A stretch of 63,456 nucleotides of DNA, filler included, from Sluysia triapertura (lineage: Eukaryota), in assembly GCA_046118255.1 (NCBI GenBank). It is 4 parts of 4 records of this genome, joined end to end, with 100 filler letters (N's around TTAATTAATTAA, not from the genome) between each part and the next. Parts side by side here need not be neighbours in the genome. Positions count along the whole stretch, not along the records: positions 1 to 27,033 come from JBJNIA010099767.1; 3 more parts are not named here. One strand, written 5' to 3'. Shown here in pieces: positions 1-14,236 of the stretch (position 1 is its first letter; the number at the start of each line of letters is the position of its first letter). The position numbers and the translations under genes are program-made. Under the pieces are notes generated by a model that worked only from the letters and a program-made list of their open reading frames with translations, made no database searches and was not told the origin of the DNA.

Positions 1-59
<59 letters not shown>

Positions 60-88
60 GTAATAGTAATAGTAATAATAGTACAATA
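1..88. repeat. (TAA)n/(TAG) microsatellite
   Basis: Direct trinucleotide run at the window start. Confidence 0.95.
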
Positions 89-586
89 ATAAATGATATT
101 CATTGCCTTCTATGTTTTATTAAATTTCAATTTTTAAGGTTAATTTAATTTTTTATTATTTAATAATAATTTTAATAATAATAATCTCACTTTAAAAAGA
201 TTATTTATTTTATTCTTTAATCTAAAATTAAGTGTTTTTGCTATTAACTCTATTAAATCTCATTTTAAATTGATGAAAAACATTATAATTTTAATGAAAA
301 TGATTTTAATTTTACTTTAAAACGATTTTTATTTTACTTGGAATTTACAATCTTATAAATATTATGTTACATTTAATTTACTTAGTAAAAATGATCGAAT
401 TTAATTTTAATCACAAATATATTTTCGTAATTTTATTTTTCCTTTGGGGCGCTACTTCTAATGAAGAAATTAAATTCAATAAAATTTATTAACTAGACAC
501 TGTATAAAAACAACAAAATATATAATAATGTTATTAAATTAAATAATAAATTAAAATATTTTTTAATTAAAAAAAATTCATGATTA

Positions 587-1180
587 CAGTAAAGTTAAAT
601 ATGTTAATCTTTAGGCTGAGAATACAATAAATATCACTCACTTGTATATTCAAAATTAAGATTATCGATAATCACTAATCAATTATAATTGGTGTTTTCA
701 AGATCAAAATTCTGATAATCAATTATCTTCAGATTCGAAACATTGATAATCAATTGTAATATGTGTCTTACAATTCCAAATCTCAGTGATTGATGGTAAT
801 TTGTAATTTCCAATTTAAAGTCTTAGTAATTGATTTAAATTCTCAGTAATACTTTTTCTCGTGTGAGTAAAAATTTTTCTTCTATTATATTGAAAATTAT
901 CGTACATGATATTTATACTATATTCTATTAGTATTTAGTTATTTAATTTAAGTAAATATTGAGTATCATAAATGTTAACAAAAATAAATAATAATTTCGT
1001 TATAAAAATTAAGTATTAACAGTTATAATAATTTAGCAAATAATTTCATTACTAATTTCGTAATATTCAATATTTGTAATAATAAATAGTATAAATTTAC
1101 ATAATAATTTTGTTAGTAAGTAATAAATTTTAATAAATAATAGTGATAAGTTTGCTCTCAGCCTGAATATTTACATTTCT
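587..1180. mobile_element. Degenerate MITE-like element with imperfect terminal inverted repeats
   Basis: ATGTTAATCTTTAGGCTGAGAATACAATAAATATCACT (~601-638) matches the reverse complement of AGTGATAAGTTTGCTCTCAGCCTGAATATTTACAT (~1142-1176). A similar left end recurs at ~5440-5480. Confidence 0.4.
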
Positions 1181-1184
1181 GTAT

Positions 1185-2210
1185 TTGTTATTAAATTTTG
1201 ATTACATATAATTTATATTCATTCTTATTTTAAGATTATTTTTGTCGATTATAATGCTTTTAAATTTGATATATTATTCTCTCTATTCTGTCAAATCTTT
1301 AATTTAAGTTAATTTTCATCGAGAATAATGTTAATTTTTAATTACGTACTACTTTTATTCAATCTCAATTTTAACTTTCGTATTAAAATAATTTTTATTA
1401 GACTTTATGTTCTTAAAGTTTGATTTTATATTCTCTTTATAGAATCTCATGTTAAAATGATTATTTATTTAATTTCAATTTAAAACTTGTTAGTATTTGT
1501 TACTAAATTTTGATTTCATATTAATTCTATTCAATCTCATTTTATTTTCATAAAAGCATTACAATTCTAATTTTATGTTAAGAAATAAATTTAAATTAAG
1601 TGGATTTTACATTTGATTTTAAAATCTTTTAGAGATTAAAAATTTTTGAGAAATAAATTTTAAAAAGAGATGAATATTATGTTACACAATTAATAATCGT
1701 ACTATCATTATACATAAATAGACCATTTAACATTATTTAATGTGAAATTACGCACAATCGCGGTGTAACTGATTAAAATTTTATTACAAACATTTTATAT
1801 ATTAATTTTCGGTCCACGTGTTATTAAATTTTAATTTTATATTATTTCTACGTAATTTCGGTTTAAAATGATTTTAGTTGATCATAATGTTTTTAAATTT
1901 TAATTTCATATTATTCTTTCTGTTCTGCCTAATCTTTAATTTAAAATAATTTTAGTCGAATATTATGATCTTAACTTTTGATTCTCAATTTAATCCTAAT
2001 TTAACATGATTTTAATTATTTAATTAACTGTGGTAGTAAGGTTTAATGTTTAATGTTTAAAGTTTAATGATTTTATGTTTTTTTCTATACAATCTCAAAT
2101 TAAATTATACTCTGCACAATTTTAATTTAAAGTGATTGTTACTTTCTACTAAATTTTGATTTCCTATTATTTTTATGCAATCCCAATTTAAAATAATTAT
2201 TTTACTTTTA
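1185..2210. repeat. Degenerate ~65-85 bp unit tandem repeat (satellite-like)
   Basis: Recurring unit TTAAATTTTGATT(T)CATATT...CTATTCAATCTCA(A)TTT...AAAAT(G/A)ATT. The block is duplicated at ~6110-6700. Confidence 0.65.
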
Positions 2211-5200
2211 AGCATTATGATTATTATTAAGTATGATTATCATTAAATTATTCAATAAAAGTAACTTCTCAACAAGCCCTAAGTTATTTAAACATTGTTT
2301 CACGTTATATTTTCATTGAACATTATGTTAGAATATTGTTCTTAAAATGAAAAGTGATTTATTATTACTAATATTAATCATTATTGTGATTTATTATTAC
2401 TACTAAAATATTAAAGTTGGAATAGCTATGAAAGTACAAAACTATAAATAAGAAAGATTCAATTAATCTTTATAGTTTAAAATAGATATTTTAATCAATA
2501 ATACTTGTGTCGTCACTATCAATTTTTCTTAATGATATTCACTATTGAATATTAAATTAGAACAATTGAAGGCGTGCATGCTTGAATACTCAAATAATTG
2601 AATATTTAAATATATTCATATTTGAGCATTTCAAAATTTATCTTGTATAGTCTGTTGTTGCTTGACCTAGTTACACTATATTTTTGGTTATTTGTTTCAT
2701 ATTGGTCTTGTGAATTATAGTTATTTCCAGGTTATTGCAACATTCCTACATATTATTTATTGATAGAGCTATGTCAAAATTTGTCGATACACGCATTTTT
2801 TCCAATCTTATCTAATTAATGCTGCTTTCTTTTAAAACTTGAGACTAGCAAAAATGGATAAAATATGGGTTCGCTTTTTAAATCTTAAAGTAAAAATCTC
2901 TATAAGATTAGTGTAAAATCTTAAGTAAGCAGGTCTTATCTAGTGATGCGATAATATTTATATTAAATCTAACTTAACCTTTCAATAAATGCGAAATCAA
3001 ATGCGTATAATACATAAATCTTATTTCAAATTTATTTCAGCTAATGCTATATTTCAAAATTTAACGAAACAAAGATATTGTATTCAAATGATTAAAACTA
3101 ATTACATTCAAACATTTAGAATAAATTTTAATGGATAATGTTAAATTACCTAAGAATACTATTATGATTTTCAGTGTAAATTGTGACTTGTTTCAATTAA
3201 TTAATTAATTCTATTATTAATTAAACTCACTGTACCATAGCAATGTCAAATCCTTCTCAGAAATAAGGATTTAAATACGTATGTTGTTTCCAATTTATTC
3301 AGTCGATAGGATCAATCAGTCAAAATGGTTGTATAATGTGTCAAAGCATGTGAGAAAATTATCTGTCGATAAAATAATGTACAAATACTTATTTGTATAT
3401 GTATTTGTATATGATTTTCTCTACTAAAATTTATTTCTCTTGTTGCCGTGCTTTAAATGTAGTTTCTTCAGCTATTTATATGAAATTAGTACTGCTGTAG
3501 GTGTGATAGCGTGCGATATCACATCTCATTAAATAAATGCACCATTAAATAATATAGGCTACAAAATCAAGGAAATATTTATTATTTTAATTAATTATTT
3601 GCTAATATTGCTATTATTATTATATTATTAGTATTATTATCACTATTATTTTACTCATTAATTATATTATTTATTTTAAATATAATTATTATAATATTAT
3701 TTCGACAACTCTATAGAGTTCGGCATTAAACATGTACACATTACATTAAGGTTTAAGTTATTATATTACCAATTTCAATTTAATTTTTATTTCATGATTT
3801 TGTGCGTTATCTTAGCTATTTAATTTCAAAAGAATTCATTGGGAATTATTTTCTTTAATTAAATATTTTAGGTTCAATTTATTAAGTGTTTTCTACTTTG
3901 TTAAACTTAATAATATGTTAAATTTTAGTTTTACATATAAATTGCTTAAATAAGTTTGTAACATTTACCATGTATTATTTTTATCAAATTTAAATGTTTG
4001 ATTATTTAAATTATATAAATTTTGTTTAAATATTATTTTAAGAAAATTTAATGTTAAAATTAAAATTTCAAATTATACTTTATTGGTTTAATTTTTTTAA
4101 TTTTGCTGAAAGTTTTCCATAACTAGTAGATTCTATCTCAAATACGTTTAAGATAAGAGCTTTAAAGATTCACAAAAAGCGGCTCTAATGTGAATTTCTA
4201 TAATCACGAAGGAAAGAAATCATTTAATAAGGCCACGTTGTGCATTTAGTGGAATCATAAAATGATTTGTATGAGCTGCTGAAATTATACTGATGATCAA
4301 GTGAAAACTTGATGACACTATTACCAGAATATTAAACAAACTAATACAACACGGTTACTTTTCTCTATGACAATGCTAAATAAATTTTTGACTGTTTATG
4401 AGATGCGTTAAATTTTTCCAATCCGTCTTTTATTTTGGTATATTTGGCTAGTTAACTTGATAGCTTCAAAATATTTAATATTTCTATCACTTATTATTTT
4501 AAGAACTTATGGAATTTTTTTGAGTATAATTTATTTTATTATGGTTTTCATTATCAAAATATAACAAAGAACAGCTTAAACGAGATTAATGTTTGTATAT
4601 GATTGGTTTCACGTGATTATCGGTGATTATCGGATGAACTCTTGTTATAATGTTTATGTAAAATTTTATTATTTTTGTGTTCTTTGCCTTAAATCTAACT
4701 CATTACAAAACTTAGATGCTTTTGTATGCTTTGTACATCAATTAATTTATGTACGCTTATAGCCAATGTACTCTGTCTACCTTAATGTGACTTTCTTTAT
4801 AAATTCTTACTGCTATTCTAAATCTTTTATTAATATATTTAATAATTTATTACTTTAACTATCAATTACACTCTTCGATGCAAACTTTATAAAATGTCAT
4901 TCCATAATATTTTGAATTATTTTCGCAATTGATTATTAGCTTTTATCAATCCCCAACAATAGTTACTAAACTTCTGCAACTATACAAAATTATTAATCGT
5001 TAACTATAGTTTAAAGTCGTTTAGTAGTTAATTCGCCTTAGGAACTCTCTATTGTCCTGTTCTATAAAGAGTGTTCATGGTTTAGAGTTATTTAATATAA
5101 AAACCCTGAGCTCTAATACTCGTTCCGATGACCTGGAATGGAAACGCAAACTTAAGTCTTGATTTTGTTTTGAGATAAAATTCAAATTATTTCGAAGTCA

Positions 5201-5944
5201 TATTTAAATTTTAGTCTCAACTATTAATTTTTTGATTTTGATTTTATTTCAATTTTCTTCTCTGGAGCATTGCTATCAAAAATAAAACAAAAACTTGAAT
5301 TCAATAAAATTTATTAACTACAAATTTTTAGACAATAAAATGATAATAGTAATAATAGGTAACTTTTGACTATAAAAGAATTCGTGGCTAGATTTATAGT
5401 GAAATTTATAATGAAAAGAATTATTTAATTGATTTAAGTATGTGAATATTTAGACCAAGAAATACAATAACTATTACTTACCAAAACGTTAATTATTATT
5501 GTTCGATGATAACGAATAGTTCTTAGTTTACGTCAAGTCCGTGTCCTCTAAATAGTCACACAAATTGCGATTTGCATCTTCTAGCTCTCGATAGCCAAGT
5601 CACAATGTTTAAATTTAAACGATAATTTAATTCACGCATTCAAATTAGAATAGCTGATGGATTGCTATGTTCAATATCTTCCTACTTAAATTTATAAATC
5701 TAATTCATATTCAAAAAATGGTCACGTCATATATATATTTGTATGCTATTTATAGTTTCTTTTATTATAGTTTAGTTATTATATAGTACAAATTCTGTAT
5801 CATCATAATTAAGTTTTGTTAATAACTACAGTTATATATAATTCAGTAAATAGTTATAGTTCAGCATCATAAAATTTTGTTAATAATAAGCAGTTATGTA
5901 CAGTTATAAATAATAAACATAGATCATAAATAGTAATGATGAAT

Positions 5945-6083
5945 NNNNNNNNNNNNNNNNNNNNNNNNNNNNNNNNNNNNNNNNNNNNNNNNNNNNNNNN
6001 NNNNNNNNNNNNNNNNNNNNNNNNNNNNNNNNNNNNNNNNNNNNNNNNNNNNNNNNNNNNNNNNNNNNNNNNNNNNNNNNNNN
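5945..6083. other. Assembly gap (N run)
   Basis: Run of N. Confidence 0.99.
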
Positions 6084-6109
6084 ATAATAGGTATTGCTTC
6101 CCATTTGAA

Positions 6110-6700
6110 AATTTGTTAAGTTTTGATTATGTCAATTTAAATTCATTCTTATTTTAAAATAATTTTTGTCGATCATAATGCTTTTAAATTTGATATTACA
6201 TTATTCTCTCTATTCTGCCTAATCTTCAATTTAAATTAATTCTAATCGAGAATAATGTTACTAATTTTTAATTTTATATTAATTTTATTCTATCTCAATT
6301 TGATATAATTTTATTCTTATATTAAAATGATCTTATATTCTTAAAATTTAATGTTATATTGTCTTTATAGAATCTCATTTTAAAATGATAATTTATTTAA
6401 TTTATATTTAAAACTAGTTACTATTTGTATTTAAATTTTGAATATATGTTAACTCTATTAATTCTCATTTTAAATTAATATAAAATCGTAATATATAAAA
6501 AATTACGATTATAAAAAATTAATATATAATCGTAATGATAATGATTCTAATTTTATTAAAATAATTTTATTCTAAATAAATCTAAATTAAATGAATTTTA
6601 GATTTTATTTTAAAATAATTTTATTCTAAATAGTTTTAATTAGTTCAAAATAAATGTAAGTTTAATTTATTCAAAATAGATGAATGTTATGTTATATTTA
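6110..6700. repeat. Second copy of the 1185-1690 degenerate tandem-repeat block
   Basis: Colinear similarity, e.g. TTTTGTCGAT(T/C)ATAATGCTTTTAAATTTGATAT...TTATTCTCTCTATTCTG and TTTATAGAATCTCAT(G/T)TTAAAATGAT. Confidence 0.8.
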
Positions 6701-7419
6701 GTTTATACAAAAGAAGCTTTTTCAGCAAAATATTCTCACTATTCTTAATGAATTTTTTACAAATTAAATTGTCACATTTACAAAAGTAATATTAAAGTAA
6801 TAATAATTTTTGAGAGTTCTGAGTCAAATTTGGTTGCATTTATTTAAGTATTTCAATATTTTATTTATATTAAAATTTAAAACCACACGTTCATTTAATA
6901 AAATTTTTACGTTTTCAACAAATTGTATTTGATTAAAAATAAAAATTTATCCCTTTCGTATTAATAAATATTTCAGTTTGATTTTTCCATCACGATAACT
7001 GGTAATTGTAATACATATTTTTATAAAAAACAGCAAACTAATTGTGTAAGTTAAATATTTACTAATCGGAATGTTAATTTAGAAGTAACCGAATAAAAAA
7101 CATTCGAGTTTAATGTTAATTTTTTAGAATTATACTAATCTCTGTTCGTAGAATAAGCACAAACTAATAAGTCATCTGAGCCTTAAGTATTCATTTAAAA
7201 TAACTCTGCGAGTGTTCAGTTTTAATTTAGTTTTTAATTCGACATTAATGCAATAATAGGTCAAAATTTCTTAATTTTTGAAATGTAAAACATTCATATC
7301 GAAAATTTATAGTAATAGTTGACATTTAAAGATAATATCACTTCGAAAAGTGACAAAATGAGTTATATTAACGATGAAAGTAACTATCATTTTTCTTTTA
7401 ATTGAATTTTTTAAATTAG

Positions 7420-7702
7420 ATTTGGGAAAGCAAAATGTTACTTGAACGTAGTCGAGCTATTAAATGCCCTAGTATCCAATATATGTTAGTCAATATTAAA
7501 CTGATTCAACAAGCTTTATCAAATCACGACTTGCTAATGAAGTACGTGGTTTCGGATTTAGTTGCTCAAGACTTGGAAGGTACTTTTGTTAATCAATATT
7601 TGCTCACTAATGATCCTGAGATTATTCAAGAAGCTCGAATAAGACCAGAAAATTTTGTATTGAAACCCCAGAGAGAAGGAGGTGGTAATAATTATTTTGG
7701 TA
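7420..7702 (+). CDS. GSS: Glutathione synthetase, internal exon (other exons not found in window)
   Basis: Acceptor TTAAATTAG at 7411-7419. Translation IWESKMLLERSRAIKCPSI...FVLKPQREGGGNNYFG contains the eukaryotic GSS motifs (LERSxAxKCP, KPQREGGGNN). Donor most likely GTTAGT at 7703; GTAGTT at 7700 is an alternative. Confidence 0.9.
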
Positions 7703-7749
7703 GTTAGTTTTAGATAATATGAATAACAATTGTTAAGTTTAAAAGTGTA

Positions 7750-8319
7750 CCATGTTTCCCCGAAAATAAGACAGGGCTGATATTAATTTTCGCTGCAAAA
7801 TTTTTTGGGGTGTCATTTTCATCTATCGAAAAACAATGAAAAAGTAAAGTATTATGAAATTTCTAAATATACAAAAGACATGAAAACCGATCTACATTTA
7901 CTAATGAATAACACGTTTTATCTTTAAACACCACTAACTATAAATCATTCAAAAATGACCATATAGTGGTTCTCTGGAATGTCTTGCAAGTCACTGGATT
8001 CCAAAGTTTCTGTTTAGTTTTCATTTAACTGAATTTCATTATTTTAAGTCATTCTCATGAATCACAATTAGAATCTTGTTACAGTCAGTCAGAGTCAGAA
8101 AGTGAACCAGAATGCTTTGACAATGAAAGTATTTCAGAGTATATTGTAATTTAAAGCTAATTGTACTTTAAATGCAGAAGTATATGCTAAAGAATGCATT
8201 GAACGCCGTCTCAAGCCATTCATTAACTTATTAGGTTATCAACCAGGGCTTATTTTAGGGTTAGGTCTTAAATTAAAATCATTCTGAAACATCATGCTAG
8301 GTCTTTTCAGGAAACACGG
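7750..8319. mobile_element. Non-autonomous Tc1/mariner-pogo (Tc2/Passer-like) DNA transposon, 570 bp
   Basis: Left TIR CCATGTTTCCCCGAAAATAAGAC and right end GTCTTTTCAGGAAACACGG. TA target-site duplication at 7748-7749 and 8320-8321. Confidence 0.85.
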
Positions 8320-10639
8320 TAGTTAGCAAATCTAATCAAAAATTATGTGATTAATTTTTTTCAATGCTGCTTTCTAGTTTAACATTTCATAATTTTACTT
8401 TTACATAGTTTTACTTTTACCTATACATTCAAGCTGAATTATTTATATTTGTCAGAGGTCGAAATCGATTTAAGCTTGGACTAGGCAATATAAGTCATTG
8501 AAACGAATATGATTTCTACACTATAAAATATTTCAAATTTATATTTTCAAATAAATGTTAATGTTCATATTTGAAAGTTTTAAAGCATAACTTTAAATAT
8601 TTATTGTTCTTTAAGTATTATATATGCACTTATTGGATTATTCATAAAATATAAATGAAATAGGCCATCAATATATAATGTTATACAATTGTTAGACATT
8701 TCTCTGTCTAACAATTTTAGATTATTAGAGTCCATTATGCTAAATGGAACTTTAGGTCTGTATTCCAACATAATATTGAAGTTAAAAATACTTATAAAAT
8801 TCGTAGTATGTTTTCTCTTTTTAGTAGTTTAGAAAATGAAACTGAACTTGTAAAATGATGTTATTTAACATTTTTATATACTTTCTACTAAAATGATCAA
8901 TCGAGTTATGTGAAACATAGAAAAATCTATTTTATGTTTGGAAGGAATATAAACGCAAGGTCATTATTTTAATTGAAATATAATTGTACTACATATTACT
9001 TATTAACATTATGCGAATGTTGTAATTCTTACCGAGAGATTGAAATGTATTCTTTGACCTTTCAGTTCGGTTTTCGGTAAAAGAATTATTTTTATTTTAA
9101 AGCAATTTCTTTTAATTTATTCTGCGAAAATTTTGAACTCACTTTTGGAATTTCATGTAATTTTCACTTAGATTTTGTTCAGTGTCATAATTTATCGATG
9201 CGTTGAAAACATTTAGTGTTGGTTTAACCAATTTGAAAGTACATCTGTATAAAGTAGGATAATTGTTTATTCCTGTAGTAACTTGTAATTCAAACGAAGT
9301 TTTACATATTAGATTTATTTGATTTGAGATATTATTAAGGCATTTCGAAAGAATACGATTTTGCTTTAACGTTTAAAGCGTTTAATGTTAACATAAGTGA
9401 AATGTTATTACCAAGTTTATAAAACAATTAATTTTTTAATACGGTTGTTTTTCTTTGAAATGTATTAAATTTTTAAATTCCATTGAAAGAATTTAATAAT
9501 TTGAAAGGAAATATTTTACTTACCAATTAATAATATCTTTGGGTCTATGATAAAAAATTTGCTTTCGTTTTCAATGAATTTTATAATTAAAAGCTTTAAT
9601 TGATAATGAAGTATAAATTTTGAGATTTTATGTTGAAAATAATCGTTCTACAAGCAATTGTTTCAGTTTGACTAATTTATGAAATAAATAGTACATGTAT
9701 GCATTATATTTTATCAGAAATTGTAACAAAAAGGTAAAAATTATACGTGGAAAATTTAGTTTCCATGTTCTTAATTATAATTACAGAGCTTTATGGGTCA
9801 CAATAAAATTTAATAATAATAGTAATAATATAAATATATTTCTCTGCATATTTTTGAAGCTAGAATAAAGGAAATCGCACAAATAAAATTGAAAATAGTT
9901 TATTAGTTTGATGCAGTAATTTAAAATAATTGAAGATTCTTTATGACGTGTACATGATAAATACGAAATGATTTTAATAATACTGGAATTTAACCGACTG
10001 ATGTCTTCATTATTTTTTTGTTAATTGATACAATGTGAACCAAGAGTTTGCTTCTAAGGCCCAAGCAGAAGACGACATACTGAATTTTTCGTGTAGATAG
10101 GATTGGTTTATTCTCAAATCTTAATTTTAGATATTAAACCTTTTTATAATAGGTGATTCATTTTAGAATAAGCAATCCTATTTCTATTAAAAAACAAAGT
10201 TTGGAAATCTTAAATCATATCCAATGAAGAAATTTCACTAAACATCAGTATGGAAAATATTAGTAATATAGAAAATATTCAAATACAGGAAATAGAAATC
10301 ATTCAACCCACCTACTATAAACAGTTTAATAATAATGAAATAAATGTACCTAAACCAAATTTTCCTCCTGGACTGGCGCGTTCGCAAAAACACAACCGTC
10401 GCAGAAGACAATTAAGACGATTTTATAAAAAGAGGTTCATATAAGAGTAATCTGAGAATTAAATATAATCAATTTCTCAAAAAGAAATGTACGTAATATT
10501 CCATTTTCACTTCTATTTTTCTTTTGTTTCCTAAAATTTATAGGTACATTAATAATTATAATATAATAAACAAAAACTAACGATTTAATATATAATATAT
10601 CTAACTTTGTAATTACTTTTCCTCACCAAACATCTTCGA

Positions 10640-11330
10640 TCATTTAGATGTCTACATCAACAAAACTTTCTGCAACAACAAAACTCCCACATGCACACAT
10701 AACAAATAATATACCTTCATTCTATAATGGTATCGATCGTTTTTGTGGTAAAAATGATACCCCTTTCACATTCTTAAAATCAAATCTAACTCCTAACATC
10801 TTGAAAAATGAGTTAGACCAAAATTTTATTACTCATCTATTCCACGTTAAACAAATTCAACCCCCCAAATTCAACCCTACAGGGATATCCTAAGGATGAC
10901 AGTCAAGTGATCATAGCGGCAGCTAGGTGTTCGCTTAAAATATCTTTATTTGTCAATAAAGTTCCTTTATACTCACGAATACAAGGTTATTCATCATTAA
11001 TAATAAAAGAACTTACACCAAGTTGCGAAGTATATGTTGAAGCAGAGGAACTACCCACAACTTTCGCTATCCTTTTTCTAAACGTAGATAAACCTCTAGA
11101 TTTAACCAAGTATCCTTTGTTATATGCGGAGGATAAAGACAACCTTTATAAGTGGGAGGAAAGATTAACATTCACCCATACCCCACATATATCTATGCTT
11201 GACAAAATAAGTTGGTTTTCGTAGCCGTACAACTCGCGTTAGATTTTAAGGAAGGCTACCAACCAATAAGGGTTTGTCTAATGCCATATCACAAACTCTT
11301 CCATTCAAACGAATTGTTAAGGCCGCGTAT
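10640..11330 (+). mobile_element. Decayed Ty3/gypsy pol remnant
   Basis: Broken ORFs ending in PHISMLDKI, then after a frameshift ALDFKEGYQPIRV (~11236-11274), resembling the gypsy RT motif LPxIxxLLDxL...LDLKSGYHQI. Confidence 0.45.
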
Positions 11331-12971
11331 AAGGATTAGAAATATTTGTAAAATTTAGATTATATTATAATCTTTTTAAAACATCATTATTCATATTGTA
11401 ATTTTAAAACTTTTTATTCTTATTGTATGCTACTTTATTAATAAACATTTCCAATTATAATTTTTTTAATTATTTATTGAATAATTTTTAAGATCCCCGA
11501 TTTTATTCAGTGGTAAAGTATCGCGCTAAATTATTGAAATAAAAGAATAAAGTAATTAAGGTACGTCGTTTTTTATACGGACGTAAAATATATGTAAAAT
11601 ATTTTTGAAGTTTATAATAATTTTTTAACAGTTTTTGCCCATAAAACCGATAAATTTGCTAAAAGGATCAACATAAATTTGATTTTTCTTCAAACATAAA
11701 AGCACTTTATCTAAAAATTATCAAGTTATCTTTCCACTAAAGTTATTAAGCTTCACTAAGAAGGAATTCTATTTGGGCACCTCCATAATTTCTAATACTG
11801 CCTATAACTTAGCCCTTAAGTGTGTAAGTCTAAGATTGTAGGGAGCTCATGTTAAGAATAAATAAAATTTATATTACATCTTTACCTTCTTCATATTCAC
11901 GTTTTAACACATCTTTTCTATAAACATAGCTTCTAAATAAAAATAAAAACTTTTCGACACCTTTTTTAATATTCTTCGTCTTAAATCTTTTACCATTATG
12001 CATCAATTTCTGAAGCAATATCAATTATTAAAGTAGGTTCCTTTTCGCTTTTATCATGATTAAAAAAATAATGTGGTCCAAATTATTATGCAAATGAATT
12101 TCGCTACAGAAAAAGGTTTAAGAAAAATTTTGTACATGCATAATTTAAGTCTATATCAAAGAGAAGATGTAGCATTACAATTTATATATTAATGATTTTA
12201 TTGTAGATTTTGATATGTGTATGAGGTTAAGAGGTGTAGAATATATTTGTGGATGAATTTTATGTAAATTTGAGTGTGGAGATAATAGCTGGAACACCAG
12301 ATTACACTCCTAAATGCTCATACCATAGACAAAAAATATTTATTTAAAATGACTGTTTAAATATATCTATCTTAAAATTTTTGAAGTTAAAACTTTAATG
12401 AGGTTTTCTCTTTCATTTTAAATATCTCATTTCGACCATCACACATACAAATGTAACTCTTTACTCTAATTACAATTTACCTTATAATTTATGACACGTA
12501 TTTGCATCTCATTCTTCAACAACCTCAACAATTTTATTTTAAATTTATCTCAAGATAATAAATTTTCTCACGCTTTATATAAGTGATTTAATTTATAAAA
12601 TTTAAAGAATATAACTCTCAAACTGTAGTTAAGTGCTAATTTTTGGTTTATTAGATTTAGTTTAAATTAAATTCTAAGCTTAGTAGTATTATACTTATTC
12701 TTTTGAAGCCAATTACTAGGAACATTGATTACTTTCGAATAATCATCCATTATACATTTGACAACTTTCATAATACGTTCACACATTTCTAATTAAACTA
12801 ATTTTGCTTTATTTTAATGAACTTGCATTATTTTCAAATAATTTTATTATGATGTCAGAAATATTTCATTCAAATAATAAATACAACGAATTATGTAGAA
12901 ATAAAACAATTTAGTACTATATGAATTATAAATCAATCACATATAACGTTAAGCATTAATAAAAGTTCATT

Positions 12972-13069
12972 TCACTTCCATTCTTCAACTTTTCTTTCAG
13001 AAACATAACATCCATATGGCTCTTTTTCTCCAATAGGTATAGTGGCAAGATAACATGGAGTATCAGCAC
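12972..13069 (-). CDS. CBR1: Carbonyl reductase (CBR1/3-like SDR), last exon
   Basis: Acceptor TAG at 13072-13070, phase 1. Encodes (G)ADTPCYLATIPIGEKEPYGCYVSERKVEEWK*, matching the CBR1 C-terminus GAETPVYLALLPPDAEGPHGQFVSEKRVEQW. Confidence 0.85.
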
Positions 13070-14236
13070 CTACATAAGAATAGATTGTAATGACAAAAAA
13101 TATAGTCCATTATACTTATAAATTGAATGTGAAATATTGTGTGAATATATATAATTTATCAATTATTTTCAATTTTATAACTAATTATTGCTTAATCTAT
13201 TACGATCAAAATCCTTTTATTTTGCGATGCAAATGCAAATGTTTTAAGAGTCAACCCTTTGAAAAAATTTAATATTATAATTAATATTATAATAGAAATA
13301 AAATAGTAATAATACGAATAATAATAATAAAATGAAAGAAAGGAGAAACTTTTTCTTCTACCGGTTGAAAACACTGGCTTCCCGTAAACAGTTTTGTATT
13401 TTTTATTGGAAATATTAAAATAAAAATTTCTTGGTATTCACAATCGGAAGAATTGCAGTTTTAGTTGATAAAATTTTTGATGATATTTCCAACAGATTTA
13501 TATAAATTTTCTGGTTTCTTATAGAAACCCTAAATTAATAATTAATTTTTAATTAATTTACTTCGTACGATTTAATGCGGACTAAACATTACTAACAAAA
13601 ATTCAAATTAATTAGAATTAAAGTTTTTGATTTTAATTAATAAACTACTTTTTGCTGCCAATCCTTTTATTTGCTTTTTTTGAACGAATTATTATCGACC
13701 ACTTGTTAAAATACCTTTTGCAATTAATTATTAATTTTCTTGTTTTGTATGATTCAATTAGGTGAATTTTACGTAAGAAATTTAGTGATACAAGATTAAG
13801 TGAACCGTTAGATTATACAAATATATTTAATTTTGCACAATTTTGTGTGTACTATGTTGTTGATTGTAACCGAAGTTTTTAATTGAATTATTTTGCTTGC
13901 GTGATTAATTAAGACTCCAACAATACAGAATCGAAAATAAGTGCATTGAAACCTTTATTTTATTACTTTAAATATACGAAGTTAATCGTATCATTACGCG
14001 AAGACTATGGGACAATTCGTACAAGCATGAGTTTGCAATTAATTTAATTTCCGCAAACGAGAACATTGGATTATAATGTCTCAAATATAATAGTTGTGCT
14101 AACATTTATTACTGTCAAAAGTAAAAGTAAAAACCAAAACATGAAATTAAATGCAAATACAAGGAGTACTAAAATGAAAATTTATAATTAAAATGAAAAT
14201 TTATAAAACAAAATATTTTATAAAATTAAAGCTAAC

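Noticed and set aside
5904-6157. ORFs spanning the N gap
   Set aside because: Open only because of the Ns.
8720-8855. Possible next GSS exon (TTTTAG|ATTATTAGAGTCC...)
   Set aside because: No frame gives the expected YILMxxI or ELGIFG motifs.
12275-12330. IAGTPDYTPK resembling a kinase GTPDYxAPE
   Set aside because: Too short, with no flanking kinase motifs or convincing splice sites.
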